Shown here: in pieces, positions 49,590-64,000 of the stretch
Position numbering within the stretch: position 1 is the first letter of the stretch
Layout: every line of letters starts with the position of its first letter
Origin: Nemertoderma westbladi
Lineage: Eukaryota > Animalia > Xenacoelomorpha
Length of the DNA: 64,000 nt
Reading direction: 5' to 3'
Assembly (NCBI GenBank): GCA_032718475.1
Contig: JAUCBJ010006842.1
Span: 62,001-126,000 of the forward strand
Notes under the pieces: generated by a model
Databases searched by the model: none
Told to the model about the DNA's origin: nothing
Seen by the model: the letters and a program-made list of their open reading frames with translations, nothing else
Made by a program: the position numbers and the translations under genes

Positions 49590-51646
49590 ACTGAAGAAAT
49601 GCAACTCAACTCTACGATTCCTTTACCGACAGGGGTCTATACTCGATTATTACACCAAAAGGTTGCTTTGTAATGCTCTAATTCAACCTCACTTGGACTT
49701 TGTATCATCCTGCTGGTACTATAGCACAAGCAAAGGTCTACAGAACCAACTACAGACACTCCAACGGAAGTGCATACGATTCTGCCTGGGACTGCACCAC
49801 CGGACACACATAATGCAAGACCACTATATAAAAATGTCATGGCTAGCTATTGACACTCGTGTTGAACAAAGCATATTATGTCACATGTATCGTATTAGTC
49901 GCGGCCTATCACCACCATATCTCGAGAACTTAGTTATTTTCGACCCAACTGGAATTAACCTTCGTAGGAGCGAGAACCGATCCGTAATCCCCTCACGCAG
50001 AACTGCTGTTGGGTGTGAAACGCTGTCATTCTTAGGCCCGAGTCTATGGAACTCCCTGCCCAATAAACTAAAAAGTAAAATATCCCTGGAGTCATTTAAA
50101 CATGGGATCAAAAACCACTATTTGAATATGCGCTAACAACAGCATGATATGATACGTACATACTATGATATCCTAACTCCTAATTATTAGTGATATGATG
50201 CTAATTTATAACAGCTGTCTTAACAAACGGCCTGTGATATGGTGCTGGTCAATAATTCTAGAACCCTATAAGCCCTAACCCCCTTTAAATATGTATTTTT
50301 TAATATACTATGTATTTGTATTACTTTCTTTTTTTATCTTAGTTATGTGCATGTTGTTTTAGACTTCAGTGTATTTACGAACTCTTATAAATACTTAATT
50401 AACAAATGCCCTTACTTGCGGGTACCGATAAGCTGGCTCTATGCTATTATAAATATTATAGTGATATGATAACTGATTAATGATAAAATAAATAACTCTT
50501 AAAACTCAGTATCTTATAGTATACTATGTATTTTAACTTTTGGTATATTTATAGTGTATTTTATAAGTATTTTAACTAAGTATTTTATATTTCGGGTGTA
50601 TTTAACAGGCTCTTTTAATAACTTCTTCAACGAATGGCCTTAATGAACAGCCGTCTTGGATTAATAATGGAGTAACTGTATAGTACTGTATGTAAGAATG
50701 TATTCAGAACCTTATTCTATTTTATCTCCATTAACATATTTATATTTTAATGTACGTCCTTTTACTGTGTATTTCCCTACACATTTCGGGAAATAATTTA
50801 GTTAATATTTTGATTGTAGCTGGGAATGGATAATTAAATCCGTACAGTAAGTACGAATTTAAATCGTTCATAATTAATCTATTGTAATTTTTATTTAAAT
50901 CCGTGTAATCTAGTAATCTGTGTAATCTAGTAATCTGTGTAATCTAGTAATCTGTGTAATCTAGTAATCCGTGTAATCTAGTAATCCGGGTAATCTGTAT
51001 CATAATTAATCTATTGTAATTTTTATTTAAATCCGTGTAATCTAGTAGGTACGAATTCAAACCGAATCTAACTCATTTATTTTATTTCGTATGTAACTTC
51101 GTGTAATCTTTATATCGATGATTGTGTATTTGTGATACTCTGCCATGCCAATCAATACCACACAGACCATACTACAATTCCCCACAGCTCTATACTAAAT
51201 GTTATATTACTCCGACCACTCCCCTCGAACACATTCCTACTCCATTTTACACACGCCTACTAACCACACATTTACCACTGCCGACAGACAATTACCACAC
51301 CGACCATACCGATAACCTCCTCGCCTTAAGGGGACCCCCATGAAAACGAGACCATGTCTCTTGGAGCTATTCCCGACATCATCTAGACTCACACTCACCA
51401 TGCAAAACTTACCCATTACTCAACCACCTCTTACACAGGAAACGCTGACCACAAATTGCCAACGAAATGCACTCTGACAACACACTAACATTATAGCCTA
51501 ACAAACTGTCTCAATTTATTTGATGCATTAACCATAACTACTGTATAATGGATTATCTTGTTATCTTGTTCCTTCCGGTAATGTTTAATTATGCATATTT
51601 ACTTTACTTATTTGATGTCAATTAAACAATTTCAATTTCAATTTCA
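49590..51646 (+). mobile_element. 5'-truncated Crack/L2-type LINE with long 3' UTR
   Basis: LCNALIQPHLDF...LQRKCIRFCL...GPSLWNSLP (49663-50136). ggacccccatgaaaacgag motif near 51330. (ATTTCA)3 tail at 51629-51646. Confidence 0.75.
50900..51045. repeat. 18-bp minisatellite gtgtaatctagtaatc(t/c)
   Basis: About 5-6 copies flanked by a duplicated cataattaatctattgtaatttttatttaaatcc. Confidence 0.85.
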
Positions 51647-52479
51647 TGCAAAATTTCAGGGTACTTTTAAAGGCTAGTTTTTTCTGGCATCAAAAAACCC
51701 CATATCTGCCTCATACAAGTGAAGTAGCCAACTATGAATACACCATCTCAGCTAAGGAAAATCTTTCTTAGCGAAAGTAGTTGATTTTCCTTAGCTTCGT
51801 GGATACTGGTTTTCAAGGTCGCTGATCACTATACAACTCGAGATCACGTTAAAAAACATGCGTGGTAACGTAACTATCGTGCTTGTCTGGTGTGAAGGGA
51901 AACACAAGTTAGCATAAATTTCAAACGGCAAAAATTGAATTTGATTGTCTAAAACGATATTTTTTAAGTGTCGCAGAAAACCCATAATGTCTTAAAATCA
52001 GGTTGATTTGGTAATTATTTTTTATTATCAAATTTGTGCTAAATTAGCAGGCCGTCTTTCTCTTATGTATGACTTTTCTCGTAGTTTTCTATCATCAACA
52101 AAAGTTATATGGTAAATGTATCGGTAACCTGTATGATAAACTATTAAAATAATATTTTACTGTTAAAAAAGTCTCAACTATTGTGTGGGAGATCATCGTG
52201 AAATTAGCATTAGCTATCTTTCATTGCTGGTGTGCTCCAATATTCCTGACTGCATTGCCGTGTGCTATTTTGTGTGTAGCTTTCTCCTATATATGTTTCC
52301 CCACAGAGACCACATGTTATAGAGTAGACAATGTTCTCTGTTGGTGAACTGAGTGGAACCATTATGACATGTGTAACAAAGGTACGTTTTTTGTCTTTCT
52401 GTTATAAACCTTAATCCTATTTGCCCTATTATTAAAAAATATAATAAATAGCATGAAACGTACGCAAACACAGGCAACT

Positions 52480-52772
52480 TTCGAACGCCCATATCTCAAA
52501 TAATATCAAAGAAAGTTAGAGATGGTTAAGTATTTGCGATGGATTCCAATGGAGACACTATAGTCTGGTTCCAAAGCCTGAAAATAGGCCTAGAAAGTGA
52601 TGGCGAAGGCAAATTCGGGTAATGGCTGGAACCCAACGGTTTTAAGCTAAATCGACTGCTGATTCCGAATCCGTCTGATGCCAAGCTCAATTGTGAATTT
52701 TTGGGTCCCGTTTCACCATGGCAACAGGAGGTCATTTGCAAAACACCACTTTCTATTATTATCATTATTATT
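52480..52772 (+). mobile_element. Probable RTE-like LINE 3' end with (ATT)n tail
   Basis: Decayed RW...WIP...RPRK*WRRQI..AG peptide followed by attattatcattattatt. Confidence 0.45.
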
Positions 52773-55402
52773 ACATATAATAAGTTTATTACATATAATA
52801 AGTTTATTACATATAATAAGTTTATTACATATAATAAGTTTATTACATATAATAAGTTTATTAAATATAATAAGTTTATTACATATAATAAGTTTATTAC
52901 ATATAATAAGTTTATTACATATAATAAGTTTATTACATATAATAAGTTTATTAAATATAATAAGTTTATTACATATAATAAGTTTATTACATATAATAAG
53001 TTTATTACATATAATAAGTTTATTACATATAATAAGTTTATTACATATAATACGTTTATTACATATAATAAGTTTATTAAATATAATAAGTTTATTACAT
53101 ATAATAAGTTTATTACATATAATAAGTTTATTACATATAATAAGTTTATTACATATAATAAGTTTATTACATATAATAAGTTTATTACATATAATAAGTT
53201 TATTACATATAATAAGTTTATTAAATATAATAAGTTTATTACATATAATAAGTTTATTACATATAATAAGTTTATTAAATATAATAAGTTTATTAAATAT
53301 AATAAGTTTATTAAATATAATAAGTTTATTACATATAATAAGTTTATTAAATATAATACGTTTATTACATATAATAAGTTTATTACATATAATAAGTTTA
53401 TTACATATAATAAGTTTATTAAATATAATAAGTTTATTACATATAATAAGTTTAATACATATACTAAGTTTATTACATATAATAAGTTTATTACATATAC
53501 TAAGTTTATTACATATAATAAGTTTATTAAATATAATAAGTTTATTACATATAATAAGTTTATTACATATAATAAGTTTATTACATATAATAAGTTTATT
53601 AAATATAATAAGTTTATTACATATAATAAGTTTATTAAATATAATAAGTTTATTACATATAATAAGTTTATTAAATATAATAAGTTTATTACATATACTA
53701 AGTTTATTACATATAATAAGTTTATTACATATAATAAGTTTATTAAATATAATAAGTTTATTACATATAATAAGTTTATTACATATAATAAGTTTATTAA
53801 ATATAATAAGTTTATTACATATAATAAGTTTATTACATATAATAAGTTTATTACATATAATAAGTTTATTACATATAATAAGTTTATTACATATAATAAG
53901 TTTATTACATATAATAAGTTTATTAAATATAATAAGTTTATTACATATAATAAGTTTATTACATATAATAAGTTTATTACATATAATAAGTTTATTACAT
54001 ATAATAAGTTTATTAAATATAATAAGTTTATTACATATAATAAGTTTATTACATATAATAAGTTTATTACATATAATAAGTTTATTAAATATAATAAGTT
54101 TATTACATATAATAAGTTTATTACATATAATAAGTTTATTACATATAATAAGTTTATTACATATAATAAGTTTATTAAATATAATAAGTTTATTACATAT
54201 AATAAGTTTATTAAATATAATAAGTTTATTACATATAATAAGTTTATTAAATATAATAAGTTTATTACATATAATAAGTTTATTACATATAATAAGTTTA
54301 TTACATATAATAAGTTTATTAAATATAATAAGTTTATTACATATAATAAGTTTATTAAATATAATAAGTTTATTACATATAATAAGTTTATTAAATATAA
54401 TAAGTTTATTACATATAATAATTTTATTAAATATAATAAGTTTATTACATATAATAAGTTTATTACATATAATAAGTTTATTACATATAATAAGTTTATT
54501 AAATATAATAAGTTTATTACATATAATAAGTTTATTACATATAATAAGTTTATTAAATATAATAAGTTTATTACATATAATAAGTTTATTACATATAATA
54601 AGTTTATTACATATAATAAGTATATTACATATAATAAATTTATTAAATATAATAAATTTATTACATATAACAAGTTTATTACATATAAAGTTTATTACAT
54701 ATAATAAGTTTATTACATATAATAAGTTTATTACATATAATAAGTTTATTAAATATAATAAGTTTATTACATATAATAAGTTTATTACATATAATAAGTT
54801 TATTACATATAATAAGTATATTACATATAATAAATTTATTAAATATAATAAATTTATTACTATAATAAGTTTATTACATATAATAAGTTTATTAAATATA
54901 ATAAGTTTATTACATATAATAAGTTTATTACATATAATAAGTTTATTACATATAATAAGTTTATTAAATATAATAAGTTTATTACATATAACAAGTTTAT
55001 TACATATACTAAGTTTATTACATATAATAAGTTTATTACATATAATAAGTTTATTAAATATAATAAGTTTATTACATATAATAAGTTTATTACATATAAT
55101 AAGTTTATTACATATAATAAGTATATTACATATAATAAATTTATTAAATATAATAAATTTATTACTATAATAAGTTTATTACATATAATAAGTTTATTAA
55201 ATATAATAAGTTTATTACATATAATAAGTTTATTACATATAATAAGTTTATTACATATAATAAGTTTATTAAATATAATAAGTTTATTACATATAATAAG
55301 TTTATTACATATAATAAGTTTATTACATATAATAAGTTTATTACATATAATAAGTTTATTACATATAATAAGTTTATTACATATAATGAGTTTATTACAT
55401 AT
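52768..55402. repeat. 18-bp satellite TTATTA(C/A)ATATAATAAGT, ~145 copies
   Basis: Seen directly. Confidence 0.98.
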
Positions 55403-55899
55403 TATTACGTAGTACTTTATTGCATTCACATCATCGATCTATTGATTGACCTACTCGCAACGCTCGCATGTGAAAATTCATGACTCTGAATGAAATGCAG
55501 TACAATGCTACATCGGCACCATATCGGCACTAATTACACTCGTTTTCTAAAGCTATACCTCGCTCCACATGGTAGTCTCACATTATTAGAAACAATTCAA
55601 CTGTAGTAGAACTCGTAATTTGTTATATATACAAAGTATTATAAAAGTCGAGTAAATGGGGTGGGGATGAGTGTGGTAAAAATTGTATTTTAGTTTATTT
55701 AATGTACCGGAGGATATTAAGGTAAACGAGCCGTTAAAGTTAGGACTATGGCGTGTTCTCTATTGTGCACTGACACGTGTTACCGGTAACACACGTCAGT
55801 GGTTCTCTATATATTCAGCAGAACGAATATCGAATTGAATGAAACGCGATTTTTATGAAGTGAAGGATATGCAAATGTATCCTCAGATAAGAAGTATTG

Positions 55900-58495
55900 A
55901 CAATTTGTGCTCCAGGCCCGGATTCCATCATATCTGTATTTACAGTTTCTTATTACACCTACGAGACTAGCCTTGTTCTGGGGTAAAACGTGTTACTCGC
56001 CCGGGAATTGGTGTCTCAAAAATCATAATACATTTCAGATGACAACAACCACAAACCCCCAGTTAACACCCTAACACTCGGGTCCCCAATGCGACAAGGT
56101 GAGCTGACTGCCTTGGCAGATAAGCTTTCTCTTAGCGCAGTGCACCGAATGCAGACTGGACAGACTGATGAGGTTCTGATTAAGGACATGGGGGGCGGTT
56201 GGCGACTCGCCCTCGCATCAGCAGATGATAGTGGCAATGGTGGAATTGGTCTATGGATGAATCCAACTGCACATGCAGCATTGGACAAAATAGCCCAAAT
56301 CTCTAACCGCATCATCCGTTGCCACTTCTCATCTTCTGGCTAAGAAGTTCCCTAAGGTGGTTCTGATTGTGTGCTACTCTCCAACTAGTGTTGCCCCTGT
56401 AAAGGAGGTGGAAAATTTCTACCACAATCTACAAGCAGCTACTGATGGAATGGATCAGCACGCATTCTTAACATTCCTGGGAGACTTTAATGCAAGTCTG
56501 CATCAATCACCTACATCGCCCTGGGTCTATAGTGATACTGTTAACCGAAATGCCGTCCATATTCAGGATTTTATCTCTAGAAATGGATTGTTTTCGGCTG
56601 GAACCCAGTTCAAGAAGCGAACTGGAAAGCTATGGACTCATAGTGGACCCAGTAGTCACAAGTCCCAGATAGACCATGTATTGTTTCGTAGGAAATACAA
56701 GAGCACTATACAAGACTGTAATGCATTTACACTTCGACCCTTCTCCAGTGATCACTGCCTTATTGTGGCCAAGGTAAGACTTAGTCTGTGTGCTAGCAGA
56801 ACAACGAAATCTGCCTTTCCGCGTCATGACTACTGGTCCTCTCTGTTGCAACAGCCAAGTGTGAGATCCAGCTTCACACTACAGCTGAGCAACAGGTATG
56901 AGGTTCTTGCCTCTGAGGCGGCAGATCACTGTGAGGGCTATACTGACTTCACAGAAGCAGATAAGTTAGCAGCTGCAGAAACAGTTCCTCGAAACCGGTA
57001 AAGGGCCCTCTGGAATAACCACAAAATTCAGAAGTGCCGAAATGACCTCTATAAGGCGCAGAAAGAGTCCCGACTCAAACAGACTACAGCAGCCAAGTAT
57101 GCAGTTAAGGCTGCATCTCGGTCCCAGAACAGGCAGTACAAGAATGCAGTTAAGGCTTCATCTAGGTCCCTGAACAGGCAGTACTCTGTTAATCTACAGG
57201 AGCTAATAAACCAACAGGTTGATGCCATCAATGATGCTGACGACAAAAGGCAATCATCCCAGGCATGGAAATCGGTCAACTTGCGTACTGGATGGAAAAG
57301 CCAATCACCCACCAAGGTTAAGGCAGAATCACCAGCCGATCGCCTCAATGGTTGGAAGGCCCACTTTGAAAAGCTCCTCAATAATGACAGGGTATTGCCT
57401 GATAACTTTATATAAGTAAAAGTATCTGAGTTTGTACACCCAGATAATCCAATTAGCGATATCTCCTTTGCAGAAGTGAAGGCTGCTGCAAAGAGCATTA
57501 AGACCAATCGTGCCGGTGGAGTAGATGGTGTTCCCCCTGAGGTCTTTAAAATACCTCAGTATTTAAAGCTCATCTATCCAATCATAGTATACATGTAGAG
57601 AACAACAAGAGTCCCACAAGAAATGAAAACAAATAAGTTGGTGCCAGTTCCCAAGAAGGGCAACCTAACACTATATGGTTCTTTTTGGGGAATCTCATTG
57701 ATCTCGATTGCTGCAAAGCTATACAATATAATTCCATTAAATCGCATCAGGGATCCCATTGAGAGACTGTTCTGGTGGAAATCAGAATGGGTTCCGTAAA
57801 GGTCATGGAACCATGGAGCCCATTTTGGCACAGGATAATTGAAGAGTTATCAAAAAAGAAAGACAGGCATCTGGCTGTTATTTTTGTTGACTTCTTCAAG
57901 GTCTTTGATTCAGTCTCTCGCTCATGTTCACCATACTTTCATAATATGGGATTCCTGATGAAATTATTGCAGCAATCAGATCAGTATACGATGGTTCGAC
58001 AACATTTGTGTCTACTGTTGATGGTGATGCAGAACAATTTGAAATATTATGGGGAGTCCTCCAAGGGGTGAGACACACTTGCGCCATTCTTGTTCATAAT
58101 TGTGGTTGACTATGTTCTACGCATGTCCTTAGATCATCATAATGATGATGGGGTGATGGTAACTCCACCTACTGGCTCCAGAAGTCTAGGGAATCCTGCC
58201 AAGTAACTAACTGATCTAGACTTTGCTGATGACTTAGGAGTACTCTCAGAATCACTAGAGGGAGCACAACGGCTCCTCAGCTCATTAGAGCTGCTTCTAG
58301 TGTTGGTCTTTTTATTAACTCCAAAAAGACCAAAATTTTGACAGTTAACTTTGAAGGTCCTCAGCAAGTCTCTGACCGGATGAGCATAAGCTCAAAGGAT
58401 GGTATGCTTGAGCATGTGGATGACTTCTGTTACCTGGGATCATGGATCCGGAAGTCAGGTGAAACTGCATTGGTCAAGTCCAATGCAAGTCACCA
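55900..58495 (+). mobile_element. RTE-clade LINE (APE plus RT), decayed, 5' part
   Basis: LSAVHR, GGIGLWM, CYSPT, LGDFNA, SQIDHVL, SDH; AGGVDG, FVDFFKVFDS, GVLQG, DLDFADD, DFCYLGSWI. Many stops. Confidence 0.88.
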
Positions 58496-61400
58496 CAGCT
58501 CAATTTTTGAAATCTACATCTAATTTAGAATATAATGGGATGGTTTCCAGAAGATAATGAAAAAAATATATAATTTAATTAACGTAACGTAATCGAAATA
58601 CTGTAGAATTGGTATCTTTGTAAAAGTAGACAAAGTACATTTAATTTCCTCTCCATCCAAATTACACTAGGATGATTCAGTCCTAACAATAAATTATATG
58701 AGCTTATCTCTTCACATTTATAAAGAAAAATTAATGTTACAATTAATGTGCCAGGTGCAATCGCATAATCATAATTATAATGGCTAGATGGGGTAGTTAA
58801 ATTTTATAAATAAAACAAAAATAAAAGTCATTAAATAACTGATAAAGTAGAGAATATTTTTATGATACGAGAATAATTAATGTCATTAAAAAAACATGAA
58901 AAGCAACTCAAACATTGAAGTCTGCCTAACAGGATTATATTTACATAATTAAGAATGTCGAAGGATGTGATTTAAAATCGTTTATTTGGATATCAATATA
59001 TTTCTGCACTGCGTTTAATAATAATAATTTCGCCAATCCTACTGTTACTTATAACTGCTGTTACTATTACTAATGTTACTTTTTTTTACCGATCGTGTTT
59101 TTACATACATGGCCCAAAATATTATATGAATTGGCCCCTGATATCATCTTGAAACTAGGATATCTCAATGAGTAAATTATTCCAATGATTATCACAATGA
59201 AGTTTTATTAATAATCCCCTGTGGTGGACAAATATAATTCGTGTATTAATGGAAGCCTGGGCAATTCGTCAACGATCACTCATAAACATACTCCATGGCT
59301 ACCAAGTTGTTGTAAAACCATCTGTTGTAAAACCAGCACATAATATTTGCATATATGTTTCCCATAGTCCCTGGTTGTTTCCCCTGCTCATAACCCATTA
59401 CCGCGTATTCTTATCCCTTTCATAAATACCGCCGCATAAAACGTCGTTATGCAGCATTTTCTGAAAACAACTAAATTTAATATTTAGTTAAAATCTCAAA
59501 GGCGCAAGTCTGAATATCTGTTATCATTTATGTTTAACGAAAAACAGTGTTTTAAACACTTCGTAAGTTGGTAATATATTGCTGAACGTTATACCAGGAA
59601 TCAGTTCACTGGTATGTTTCACCCCACAAAGGTGGCTTTCTCTAATTTAAGTTTAAGTTTATAATTTAAGTAAAGATAACAGAGCAGAGGTAGAGAAGAT
59701 AAGAGGTTAGAACGAAAGTAAAGTTATTGTTACAAAATAAGAGAATCAACCCGATGGAATTTAGTATTACAAACACCCATCTGGTTAGAGATTTAAAGCA
59801 AAAATATAGAATTTATAATAATAATGTTCATTTATTCTGTAACTTCCCAACTATTGCGCTTGCATTGCTGTGTATTACTGTATGATTATTTCCACAAGAG
59901 TTCTATTAATCTTTATGCCTGATGATGGACTATAATAGAGTCAGAAATCTGGAATACTTTAATTATTTTTTGTGACATTTTCACTCCTTTCTTAATTAAC
60001 TTATGATTAACATATAAGATGGAGATCAAGTTCTATTAAATTATAGAAATAATGTCGCATTGCAATGGAAATAATTATTGGCCCACTTATTGTTTAATAT
60101 TTATGTTCTACTAAGCGCCAGCTGAGACTGTCAGTGTGAAGGGTAGATAGGTTTTGTACAGTATATAGTATTGTATGTGCTGTCGGCTACCTGAACAAAC
60201 AGTAGCAATGACCTCTGTTAAATGCCAAGTATAACCAAAGACAAAATATCTAACTACTTCAGTTAAATTTACAATTCCCATATGCTCAATAATTAGGGCA
60301 CATTTCTTTGTTTGATCATGCAAAACATCCTATGGCATAGATTTAATTATAATTAGATTTCGTGGCATTATAACACCATCCCCCCACCCTATCCCCAAGG
60401 TAAATTATTATATTCAATATATAACATAATATTCCACACTACAAGTAACTAACTATCTTACCATATGCCTTGATTGGTTTGGTTACTAATTCAATGTGTA
60501 TATCAAAAAGATATATTATTATTAAATCCAATCATATATACCATAATTGTATTATATATTATCCACTTTTAATTTTGTTGTGCTGTGTTTTACTTGTTTC
60601 ATATATTCAATATACGAAATTAAATTAAATTATATGAAGCTTCAAGAACATTTCGCGATGACGATTCTCAGGATAACCTCGAAAAGTTATTTTCTTTCCC
60701 GCCGTTGTCAATGAAATAAGTAAAACTTATACTCAACTCATTGAGAACGTTTAGTAGTACCGCCAAAATTTGTAGATAGGGTGTATTTTTAATTGAAGTG
60801 GCTGTGTTGGTTCATAGATAATATTATTCAATACCCTTTCATTGTAGCTGAATGGATAAGACGAACAATATACATTAGAAGAGATCACAACGTCAGCAGG
60901 TCATGGTTTGACAGAGGGGAAGGCATGAGCAAGTAAAGGTATAAGGTAGTATTTCCAGGTCTACCTTTTATGCGAACTGTTATCGCAATGTGCCAGACTT
61001 CCAAGCTGGAGGTGACATGTTCGAACCCAAAATATGATTCGGACGTCAATGTCGGTTTTGCTGAGCTGTGACAAACTGATTTATAATATGAACTCACTCA
61101 TTCATCGGAAATACCAATAATTATAATAATGATAAGTTCTTGGCACATTTCTCAAACTATTATTGTGATATACTTACTAACTTAACTTGTTCTGCCCTGC
61201 ATTGTTCCATGTATATAAGCCATTCTATATCATTCAATTTACTGTCGGTCGACTGTATATACAAACATGGCTTTTCTATTATAAGAGTATGAAATTGACC
61301 TGTATTGCATTTAATGGTATTTCATTTTGGACAAAGCAATAAAGAACTTATAATTAGTTGATTAATATAAATATGTTTCTCAAAAAATTATCTCAACTAT

Positions 61401-62023
61401 TTACTTCTATGTGGGTAATAATATTTAATAAAATTAACTATTTAAGTATTTTATCCTAAGCCATGTTTATTTTTACATTATTTATAAATATATTTTTTTG
61501 CGTCGAAATCTCATGCGAAACGCATATGTAATTGTTTCAACTACTTTTTATTTTCAAACTCTTAATATATCGCATATTTAAAATAATTAATCAGGGTAAT
61601 GTTTACCAAATAATTAATTTGTTACCAAAACAATAATGTGGGGTTTGCAAGCTGTTTTAGTGAGCGATTATCTATAATGACAGGAGCACAGAAAACAATT
61701 ATTGAACAAATAAATAATTCAAAGAAATTCATAAAATATCCATAACCTCTATGATTTTTTATAAACTCTGGTACATACTTTCCACTTTATATACTAGGAC
61801 AACTATATCAATATCTGACTTATTTTATTTTTATATTATTTGATGTTAGTATTGTAAACTGAAATATATTTCCGTGCACAGCAATATAGTAAATATTTAC
61901 AAGCTGTAGTAAAATTGTATATTTAGTTCGCTAGCCATTTGATGCCTATTGTGGGATAATGAAACGATTTTGCATAGAGGCTAGTGCGGGTTCACTGTGT
62001 CAAGTACAATGCAACAAGCATAG

Positions 62024-62410
62024 TTATAGCATAGCATAGCATAGCATAGCATAGCATAGCATAGCATAGCATAGCATAGCATAGCATAGCATAGCATAGC
62101 ATAGCATAGCATAGCATAGCATAGCATAGCATAGCATAGCATAGCATATCATAGCATAGCATAGCATAGCATAGCATAGCATAGCATAGCATAGCATAGC
62201 ATAGCATAGCATAGCATAGCATAGCATAGCATAGCATAGCATGGCATAGCATAGCATAGCATAGCATAGCATAGCATAGCATGGCATAGCATAGCATAGC
62301 ATAGCATAGCATAGCATAGCATAGCATAGCATAGCATAGCATAGCATAGCATAGCATAGCATAGCATAGCATAGCATAGCATAGCATAGCATAGCATGTA
62401 GCATAGCATA
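62024..62410. repeat. (ATAGC)n microsatellite, ~77 copies
   Basis: Seen directly. Confidence 0.98.
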
Positions 62411-62440
62411 GTTATACTTAGACTATTTATTTATATATTT

Positions 62441-62912
62441 CCAGGATTTGGAAGTCACCGAGAATTAATCGGAAACTTAAGGTCCGGTTATTTAGAGCAG
62501 CAGTAGTTCCAGTACTCCTCTATGGGAGTCCATGCTGGGCCCTAACTGCTGAGGACACCAAATCTCTGGATGGCACATTCACAAGAATGCTACGCCGGGT
62601 TCATTGTGTCAAGTTCAATGCACACATATCCAACCAGACACTTTGAAGGACATTGTTCGGGACTATAATCATGGTGGACAGCCCATAACTTTCCTGAGAT
62701 GCCTCTTAATTGACACTGGCGTTAAAGAAGCGGGTAATCTCGCGAAAGTCATGCGGGCTAGGGAGTTGTGGCGGTGCAACTTTGTCGATAAGCCGGCATA
62801 TCGTTCTTGATTTCCGATGCATTGGAATATGAGAATTGTGGATTGCATGATATTGGCAAAAATAATTTTGTTAAGCTAGCATAGCATCTCAATGTGCAGC
62901 TGCAATGTAGCA
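62441..62912 (+). mobile_element. RTE LINE 3' part, continuing 55900-58495
   Basis: RIWKSPRINRKLKVRLFRAAVVPVLLYGSPCWALT...LDGTFTRMLR is the expected next segment of RTE ORF2. Confidence 0.85.
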
Positions 62913-64000
62913 GCCCGATTACAGAAAGATAGAAGAAAGTTATATTTTTATTTTAAATTGGCTTGATTTTTAACAGAGCCTGATAGATTTTACTTTCCGG
63001 ATAGGAATGTGACCTACAATTGGAAGATTTAAAGACAAGTGTCCAGGCTAGACAATCTCTCAAATCCGCAATTATATTTGCTGATTGAGTTAGTTTGCAC
63101 CGAGAGTTTAGTTATTGTAGGCCTATTTTTTATTTTATAGATATAATAATTTGCACCACTTTACAACCTTTTAATTAATTTTAATGTTTTACAAGAAATT
63201 GAAGTTTAATTAATAAAATAACTTTGTTAATTTATAATTCATTCAAGATTCCTAATGACAAATTCAGACTTTTAATAAACTACGTGTGTACCATATTTTG
63301 TTGAATTTCATCAAAGATTATTATTAAGTTATTAATCATCAAACTTATTAAAGTCCGACTGACCGACCGACCGACCCAAAGACAACGATAAAAGCAGCTG
63401 TGGCCATATCGCTTATTTCATTACTTGCCCCAAAAACTTGCCCAATTATGTTAACTAAATTTGAAATGTATGTATGTCGAAATATTAGGTATGGTTGATT
63501 GATACAGATGTCTTGAAGGTACTGGTAAATCATAATTAAATTTCGTAAGTGTGTGTAAGAAATATTAAATCATAATATAATTTATACCCCAATCAGGGAC
63601 ATAATTACAAGTTAAGATTACTTCAACTGCAGTAAGAAATGGAGATACTGAATATAAAAACCAAATTCTAATTTACATTCATTTCCATACAAATCCAATT
63701 TTTATCCAAATCGTATTAAAATAATTAATATTTGTAAATTAAATAATTATTTCATAATTATAGTTTCTTTATAAATTATTCTCAATATATGTAGCTCTAT
63801 AGATACTATAATGTACTTACAGTATAAAAGTATACACTGACACGGTAGTTAAATTGCACAAAGTATTTCTTATAAATGCTATTTAACTGGTTTTCTGCTA
63901 CTTTTTATTTATTAGGTTAGGTTTATACCATTTTGGTAAATAATTGTAAAAATATCTAGAAACACATTCCAAACAAACAGGACAGGTTAATAACTAATAA

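Noticed and set aside
52526-55429. Long 667-830 aa repetitive ORFs
   Set aside because: These are translations of the 18-bp satellite.
55910-56020. HDV-like ribozyme in the RTE 5' UTR
   Set aside because: Some pairing (cccggg, gagac/gtctc) is present, but I could not build the nested double pseudoknot by eye. An RNArobo or Infernal search would be needed.
61992-62409. MLCYA-repeat ORFs
   Set aside because: These are translations of the (ATAGC)n microsatellite.

Overview
This AT-rich eukaryotic (probably invertebrate animal) DNA is dominated by nested transposable elements and satellites, and I recognised no intact host gene. In order: a CR1-group LINE interrupted by a decayed Mag-like Gypsy LTR element; a Kolobok-type MITE with poly-G/poly-C ends; an 11.7-kb BEL/Pao-derived element; piggyBac-like and hAT-like MITEs; a tRNA-like Pol III unit; an intronless 421-aa orphan ORF; two CRE-clade retrotransposons lying tail-to-tail in one 14-bp satellite; a near full-length CR1 with a PHD-type ORF1; Crack/L2 and RTE remnants; and 18-bp and 5-bp satellites. 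The most unusual object is the BEL/Pao-derived element. It has ~99% identical 1.12-kb terminal repeats and an intact 1318-aa Gag-protease ORF from which RT, most of RNase H and the integrase core are removed in frame. It also carries a hairpin-dense 3' region and an extra triple-zinc-knuckle ORF in the env position. All alignments and folds were done by eye; no database searches were run.
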